Shown: positions 56,050 through 64,000 of the stretch, piece by piece
Layout: every line of letters starts with the position of its first letter
Numbering within the stretch: position 1 is the stretch's first letter
NCBI GenBank assembly: GCA_964016885.1
Contig: OZ024740.1
Span: 198,090,001 to 198,154,000, forward strand
Source: Eledone cirrhosa
Lineage: Eukaryota
DNA: 64,000 nucleotides
Direction: 5' to 3'
Notes under the pieces: model-generated
Seen by the model: the letters and a program-made list of their open reading frames with translations, nothing else
The model's database searches: none
What the model was told of the DNA's origin: nothing
Translations under genes and position numbers: made by a program

Positions 56050-56620
56050 TTAATGGTAGAGCGTCGGACAGCATGCTTTGTGGCATAGAGTTTCAGCCCG
56101 GTGTGTTCTGGTTTCAAATCCCGCCGATATTAGTTTTGCCTTTCATTTTTACGGCGTCGATAAAATAATGTACCAGTAATGCATTGGAGTCGATTTAATC
56201 GACTTTTCTCTCACTCAAAATTGTTAGCCATGGGCCTAAATCAAAAACCATTACTATAAAAATATAACTGGTAGAGCGTTGGAAAACATGCTTTGAAGAT
56301 ATAGTTACAGCCCTTTATGTTCTGAGATCAAATCCCGCCGTAGCTAGTTTTGCCTTGCATCCTACGGGGGTCGATAACATGAAGTACCAGTAACGCACAG
56401 GTGTCGATCTAGTCAACTTTCCCCTCCCTCATGATTGTTGCCCTTGTGCCTAAATAATAAGCCATTATTTAGGGCGCTGGATTGGCAGTATCGGTAGCGC
56501 GTCAGACCACATGATTTGTGGCATATAGTTACGGCCCGTTACGTTCTGAGTTTAAATTCCTCCGAGGTTAGCTTTGTCTTTAATCCTTTCAGAGTCGATA
56601 AAATATTGTACCAGTGACGT
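56050..56620 (+). mobile_element. Three head-to-tail diverged SINE copies
   Basis: Repeated ggtagagcgtcggac...caaatcccgccg...tttgcctttcat...gtcgataaaat..gtaccagt units at ~56055, 56270 and 56472. Confidence 0.85.
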
Positions 56621-57559
56621 ACAATGAGCATCCTCATATATTAAAACCTTTGTGAAACTTATTTTCACATTTAAATCGATTTTGACGGTGATGCTGGAGA
56701 GAGTAGAGTTGTGTTTTTCTTGTCAACGCCAGTAATCAAGACCTCTCATGTCCTGTATATTCTTTTTTTATTTCATCGATATTGCTCCAGAGTTTGATTT
56801 TCAGTCAATCCTTTAGCTAATTTATTACTCTATCTAATATTTTTTGCTCATACGTCCTCTGTCTGATTAAGAAAGGCAGATAAAATCTAGTTGTTGGTTT
56901 TTTTCTCAAAGTCGTTTTTATGGGGTTTCTAAAGTCCACAATAAAAGTTCTCATCTTATTGTCAAATCTAGAGAGTTCCGTTTAAAAATGCAGATCATGC
57001 AACAGAAAAATAAATCTTTTTGTTGATACGATGTGTGTATGATAAAATAAACAGCATGGATAGAAGGATGAAAGAAGACAAATAAAATATAATAATGGTT
57101 TAGTGGACATCAAGCTGTGGTGTCTGTCCTAAATAGAAAGCTAATCATTGCTATGGTAAAATTAAATGAATAAATATTGTCTCTGATCGAGGCGAAGCTA
57201 GAGTGTATTTGAATTTATATAAAAATGAGAAAACTGGCCGCTAGAATAACTATTAAAAGAGCCCAGTGCTCTCAATGACAGCGATGGGAAAGATGCCTAA
57301 GAAGAAAGCGACCAGCGGCCAGTGGTCGGCAGAGAGACTAATAACAAGGTGGGTGACAGGCAGGTGTATGTGTGTGAAATAATTTACAGGTAACCGCAAT
57401 ATTTTCAGTACTTCCTCTGCTGGTGGGTAACAGGCAGATACAATATAAAAAAGATTTTCCTCTTAATTTTCTTATTTAATTCTCTGATCCATATCTCAAA
57501 ACTACAACTGCCTATGAATTTATGGCAGAGATTTTATTGCTTTCATCATTATAATAACT

Positions 57560-57770
57560 AGCGGCAGTAGCGGTAGAGCGTCGGACAACATGCTTTTACG
57601 GTATAGTGTTACGACCCTTTATGTTCTAAGTTCAAATTCTACCGAGCTTAGCTTTACCTTTGATCTTTACGGGATCGATAAAATAAAGCACCAGTAATGC
57701 ACTGTGGTCAACTTATCGACTTTCCCCTCCCCCAAAATGTTGGCCTTGTGCCTAAAGCAGAAACTATTAT
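57560..57770 (+). mobile_element. Older SINE copy
   Basis: ggtagagcgtcggacaacatgc...aagttcaaattc...gatcgataaaataaagcaccag...tgtgcctaaagcagaaac. Confidence 0.85.
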
Positions 57771-58508
57771 TACTATTTAAAGTGTTGTTCCCAAAATCAT
57801 GAGGATTATTGTTTGTAAATATCATCTTGTTTTATTGAATACAAGCTCTGTAAAAGTACATGCATAAACACGTTGATCCAATCAAGCATAACACCTAACT
57901 AATTGATTAGAAACATTTCCCTCAAATAACACTTTATATTGAGCTGGAAAGACCATGATATGACGACGATGCATTTGTTTGCATAAACATACGCAATCTT
58001 TCACTTCGATATAATTGTAAACGTTATGTAATATTAAAGGGTATCTGTATATGTAAACTTAGCATTCTTAAACATATTTAATATATAGGAACATATATGG
58101 ACAAACAGATAGTTGTTATGGTTTAGATATATACGTATATAAGTAGGTATATATAGTTGCTATTCCACCACCGAAACACTTGTCAACTTTGTGTGTGAAA
58201 ATGGGAGGCAAGTAAGAATATATTAAATTACCATTTCCCAGACAAATCTAGCACAACATGATTTCACATAATACTTTTTTTTATTATTATTCTGATTTAT
58301 ATTAAATGCATACATATACGCGCGTGCACACGGAGAAACGCACACATTTGTATAAATACACAAACTCCACACGTAATACATACATGCATACACACACGCA
58401 CACACACACACACATATATATAAGTACATATATATATAAGTACACATATATATAAGTATATATATATGTATGTTTATTAAAATATGTATGTATATATGTA
58501 TACATATG

Positions 58509-58545
<37 letters not shown>

Positions 58546-58720
58546 GTATATATGTATATATATATGTATATATGTATATATATATGTATATATGTATATA
58601 TATATGTATATATGTATATATATATGTATATATAAGTATATATAAAATTATATATATATATATTTAAGTATATATATAAGTCTATATATATATATATATG
58701 TATATAAGTATATATATGTC

Positions 58721-58751
<31 letters not shown>

Positions 58752-60192
58752 GTATATATATATGTATATATATGAACATATATATTTTACAAATATTCAT
58801 AAATTGATGCATACTTGTTTGTGATGAAGAAGAAGGAAGTATAATGGCAGTCGTATATTCATGGGCGCATTATTTTCCTATTTTATATACTTGATAACTT
58901 TTCCTAAATCCTCTCTCTGGCATATCTAGGGTTTCGTAAGTTTTTTAGTAGAAAATAATGTGAAAATCGAACAGCAATAGCAGTGATAAATGAAAAATCG
59001 ATAGTGTGCTTCATGAATAAAATAATTATTGAGCTCACAGACATTTTAGATTCACCTTCGGTCTCTGTATCAATTCTCTGCTTAAAAGTTTTCTATCTCT
59101 GCATTTTATTTTACTCTCCCCCCCCCCACACACACATATATATATATGTGTGTGTGCTCCCGTACGCGATTATTTGTGCACGTATGCCTGTACTAAAATA
59201 CAAATATAATCATTTACACATTAAAGGCTTGTTTGGTTGTGGTTCGATTTTGACCAGGTTCATCTCTTCATTAAGTAAGTTGTTGGTTTCTGGAAGTGTT
59301 TGAATTTGGTTAATGTATAATTACAAAATCAGTTCTGGTTTTGACGAGTATTATATTTCAGTGAGAACATCTGTAGTATATTTGAGTACAAACCCTGTTG
59401 AATGGACATAATACTGTTTTCATTAGGTTCTACTAGTTGATGCTATATGGTTGGAGTTAATTGGCGGCTGTTCTGATTATGGTTGGGTGCAATACTAATT
59501 CCATAAGATGATATTGGTCTCTGCAGATATACAGAAACCAGGTAATATGGCGACAGTAACCAGATTATAACCTCCAACCCTTTATCAGTAATTAGTATAT
59601 ATTTTATTGTTATTAACCATAGGTCTGTTTCGATTAAAGATCTGAAGGAGGGGATTAGTTCTATTTACTTCGCATCTAATGTACTATGTGAACAGTATAA
59701 TACACTACAATACGAGTGGCAAAATGGAAACGACAAAGACAGAGAGGAAAAAGAAGAAAAAGTAAAAAAGAAACCAAACAACAGAAGAAAGGAAACGTGG
59801 AGACGGTGCAACAGACTTTACACCCTAATGTGAGCAGTATACCTTAGCTGTGACCCACGGACAACATGACAAAGTTATTGACGCAGAGAATGGACAGTGA
59901 CACCTGACAGCAGCCTTACTACATCACAGGACTCCTTCCTCAGGCTGCCTGTCATCTTTGCCCTTTTGCGAAATATAAACAGCGTTGTCAGAACAGTGGG
60001 GACTGTGGGCATCTACGGTCTCAACGGTGGTCACGGGATGAAGTAGTGAGTCAAGCACCGATATTTGGTTATCTTCCTCTCCTTCTATGCAAACAAGGAG
60101 AGGAAGCTAACCAAATATCGGTTAGGGCAATAAACAGATATGGTTGGATACATATACACACATACAATCAAATACACACAGACCCACCCACC

Positions 60193-60224
<32 letters not shown>

Positions 60225-60230
<6 letters not shown>

Positions 60231-60495
60231 CACATATGCTTGTATGAAAATAACCATAATAATTGTTTCTACTTTAGGCACAAGGCCAGCAATTACCCAG
60301 TGCATTACTGGTACTTTATTTTATCGACCCCGTAAGGATGAAAGGCAAAGTCAACCTCGGCGGGATTGACTTTGCCTTTCATCCTTACGGCGTCGATAAA
60401 ATAAAGTACCAGTAATGCACTGTGTAATTGCTGACCTTGTGCCTAAAGTAGAAACAATTATTATGGTTATTTTCATACACGCATATGTGTATATA
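60225..60495. repeat. Fold-back inverted duplication of a SINE 3' half plus its flank
   Basis: catatgcttgtatgaaaataaccataataattgtttctac... mirrored as ...gtagaaacaattattatggttattttcatacacgcatatg. Confidence 0.9.
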
Positions 60496-61264
60496 TATGT
60501 ATATAACCATAATAATAGCAGATAGTCGCTCAATGTAACTAATAGTCGAGAAAATTGGACAATGTTCCCCAGAAGACGGAAAAAAAAGTAGAGACACGCC
60601 TACGAAGAATGGAACCACCCGTCTCTTGGATGTCGGGAAAGTGGCCTAAAATTTCATTTAAAAAATTTCGCTTGGAGCTAAATATATTAGCAAAGTATAT
60701 GACTTAAAATGATTTCGGGAAAAATTGAAATGTGCGCGAACCAACGCATATGAATCTAATATTAAGGGATCGTTATGAATAGTTGAGAAATTCGGGTAAT
60801 TTACTCCTGCTGATAGAAGAACAGGGGCACTTTCTATCCATTAGGTGGTTGCCGCCTGTCACCAATTCCGTCTTTTTAGAATGTTACACAAATAAAATTA
60901 ACGGACAAGACAAAATTGGTAACCAATGGCTGTAAAATGTGTTTGTATATGAATGTATATGTATGTACAGGTATGTCCATTAATAGATAGATTGATATAA
61001 GTGTAGACAAAGAAATATTGGGCTATAAATATATGGAGATTATGTATTTATCTGTGTGTTTCTAAGTTTAGTTAAATAAGGATTAGTTGTGTTCGTGTGT
61101 GTCTGTGTATCTGTATCTGTGTGTGTGTGCGTGTGTATATGTGTGCATTGCGATAATATTAAATCTCAAATTTAACTATAATTTCAAAATCAACAATACC
61201 ATCAAAATGTAGAAGAAAAAACAGATGGAGAAGAAGAGGAAAAAGAATAAAAGGAAAGAAAACA

Positions 61265-61327
<63 letters not shown>

Positions 61328-61381
61328 TAATAATAAAAACAGATGGAGAAGAAGAGGAAAAAGAATAAAAGGAAAGGAAAC

Positions 61382-61420
<39 letters not shown>

Positions 61421-61424
61421 TATT

Positions 61425-62208
61425 ATATCGGCACAAGATCAGTGTCTGCCAACAAAAAATTACCAAGCCAACATAATAAAAAATGGGTGCAGCCCATTAT
61501 GCCGTGTATGCAAAAAACAACCAGAGACCATTGACCATATAATTTCAATGTGCAGTCCTATAGCTCCAACCGAATACCTAAACAGGCATGACAGAGCTGC
61601 ACAATACATACATTGGATAATGTGTAAGCATTTTGACCTGCCCCATCAAAAGAATTGGTGGGAGCATCAACCACCTCCCATACTTGAAAAAGATCACATC
61701 TCAATCTTGTGGAACTTTAGCATCCAAACAGACCGAAAAATAGATGCAAATAGACCTGATATAATATTGAAGGACTTTCAAAGGAGGGTATGCCTGCTAA
61801 TTGATATGTCTGTTCCAATAGACAAGAATGTATCTATAAAAACATTTGAAAAATTGAGCAAGTATAAGGACCTGGAGATAGAAATTGGAAAAATGTGGAA
61901 ATTGAGAACTAAAACAATACCAGTGGTTGTAGGCACTCTGGGAATTATACCTAAGGGGTCTAACGACTACTTATCGCAAATCCCAGGAAACCCGCGTATA
62001 GGAGAAATACACAAGATAGTACTAATGGGAACTGCCCATATACTAAGGAAGATCCTGTCAATATAAGTACATCACAAGTCTAAACACTAAGGATGCATGT
62101 GTGAATATGTATGTTCTTTCTTGAACATGGCGGACCTTGTTGTCTCTTGAGGTCACTGGTTGTGATTTGGTGATAACTCGTATAAACATAAAGCAAGATA
62201 AATGCAAA
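61425..62208 (+). mobile_element. 5'-truncated Dong/R4 LINE inserted in (TAA)n (CCHC + RLE + 3' UTR)
   Basis: CRVC....ETIDHIISMC...EYLNRHD...ILWNFSIQTDRKIDANRPDII...LLIDMSVP...EKLSKYKDL...IPVVVGTLG...GTAHILRK; (TAA)n on both sides, the known Dong target. Confidence 0.92.
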
Positions 62209-62864
62209 TAATAATAATAATAATAATAAGAAGAAGAAGAAGAAAAAGACGAAGAAGGAGAAAAAGAGGTGCAGCGAAGATAAATAAAAAACAACAACCA
62301 AGAATAGCAAGTAGAACAAAGCAGAAAACAACAACAAAACACATATACAACAATACCAAAAAGGAAATTATTCTTTTAAATGCTAAGCAGAAGACCAAAT
62401 AATAACATCAATAATAACATAAGTAAAATATAAATTTAAATTTAATAAAGAAGAGCTTCTTTAAAAACAACAATCTCATACTCGTAAATCATCACGGCTA
62501 GTCTACATATAGCAAAAGGGTGATAATTAAATAAACCAGTAGATATTATCACTCTTCCATAAAAACGAAAGTAAAAACAAAATATCGAAGTGGACATTCA
62601 AATTAAAAATATCGAAATTTATGTTCGATGAATACTTTCATAACGTTTACAGACACTTCCTCCCCCATACACACACATACACACACACACAAATATATAT
62701 ATAGATATATATTTCCTTCTATATCGCTAACACCACCAACAAATTGAATGAACCACAGCCAAACCTAAGTTACCAGAGACACAATACTAAGTAGACATCC
62801 GAAAGACAACGCCCACTGCAAGCAACATGATATATATTTATATATATATACACACACATACACA

Positions 62865-62953
<89 letters not shown>

Positions 62954-62956
62954 CTG

Positions 62957-62989
<33 letters not shown>

Positions 62990-63068
62990 GGGGTCGTGAA
63001 GTATGAAATTTGTAGGAAATTGTAGAAAAACGATACAAATCTCTACTAATTTTATACTTGACGACCCA

Positions 63069-63099
<31 letters not shown>

Positions 63100-63324
63100 A
63101 GAGAGAATATCTGTGTTTATGTGTCTCTGTGTGAATGTTGTGTTGTGGCTCAGTGTTTTGTTGAGAATGTCTCGACTGCTGTTAATAAACCACTGGAGAT
63201 TTATACTCAAGATTATCTCACAAGCCTCCTATTAATCTTAAGAATACAGAAAACCCCCCACAAATACGTTTAATTGTATATGAATATATATATATTTGTA
63301 TACACACACACACGCACACACACA

Positions 63325-63368
<44 letters not shown>

Positions 63369-63502
63369 TTGACGGAACTAGCATGGGTATTACTGCTATG
63401 ACCCGTTGCATCTTAGCGTACTCAATAGGTATTGTTAAATAAACTCCCATAGATAATCGGTTCAAGGCACGTAAACGGGTACCTTCAATTATTCTCAAAC
63501 TC

Positions 63503-63548
<46 letters not shown>

Positions 63549-63739
63549 TATATAGAGAAACATGTAATATGTTAATAAATGTGAGATGAAGCAACACTGA
63601 TTCCTCCTTCTTTATAGTATTATACTCTGCTCTGCGCGAATATCGAGTGCTCAACCTGCACACCGCCTATGGACGCTTTTACCTTGCAACCCTACAACTA
63701 TATATATATATATATATATACAAGTATATAAATGTATAT

Positions 63740-64000
63740 ATACACGCGTATATCAGGTCATTGGCTTTGTTGTGCACAGTGACTGATTCACAGTAGCCAT
63801 TGGAGAATGTTGTGTTACCATCTGCTGTAAAGGAGTCATGCAGGAAAATGGCAGTTTCACCCTTCCTTCTGCTAACACGATCCGCGCGGATGATTGTGAA
63901 ATTACTCACTCTTACTTCGGCCTCCAAGTGGGAGTTGTCAAGGTGGGTCTCAGTAAGAATGAAGAAGGGGATGTGAAATAGATGGTTACCAACCCAATCC
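63740..64000 (-). mobile_element. APE endonuclease fragment of a CR1/L2/Jockey-group LINE (extends beyond window)
   Basis: PFFILTETHL...EAEV.V.NFTIIRADRVSRRKGETAIF...NGYCE...ACIY. Confidence 0.75.

Overview
AT-rich, microsatellite-dense animal genomic DNA. The SINE families and (TA)n/(CA)n/(ATGT)n load suggest a cephalopod, probably octopus (inference). The only host coding sequence I can support is one 110-bp minus-strand exon (37894-38003) encoding ECL1-TM3 of a D2-like dopamine/aminergic GPCR. The rest is probably mostly intron filled with retroelements and DNA transposons. Retroelements: a near-full-length RTE LINE with an internal PHD finger, two R4/Dong-type RLE LINE families (one flanked by (ATGT)n, one by (TAA)n), RTE-derived non-autonomous elements, CRE-type RLE fragments, a Penelope element, and many tRNA-derived SINEs. 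DNA transposons: a mariner, Helitron-like elements, and hAT/piggyBac-type MITEs. Most listed ORFs are microsatellite artefacts. The most interesting signal is RNA-level. Several (TA)n-flanked tandem or inverted repeats resembling Penelope pseudo-LTRs carry type I hammerhead ribozymes. Three other diverged repeat families carry, in the analogous position, an unclassified ~70-nt motif with identical spacing, compensatory base-pair changes and a CUGAYGA box, which is a candidate novel ribozyme or structured RNA.
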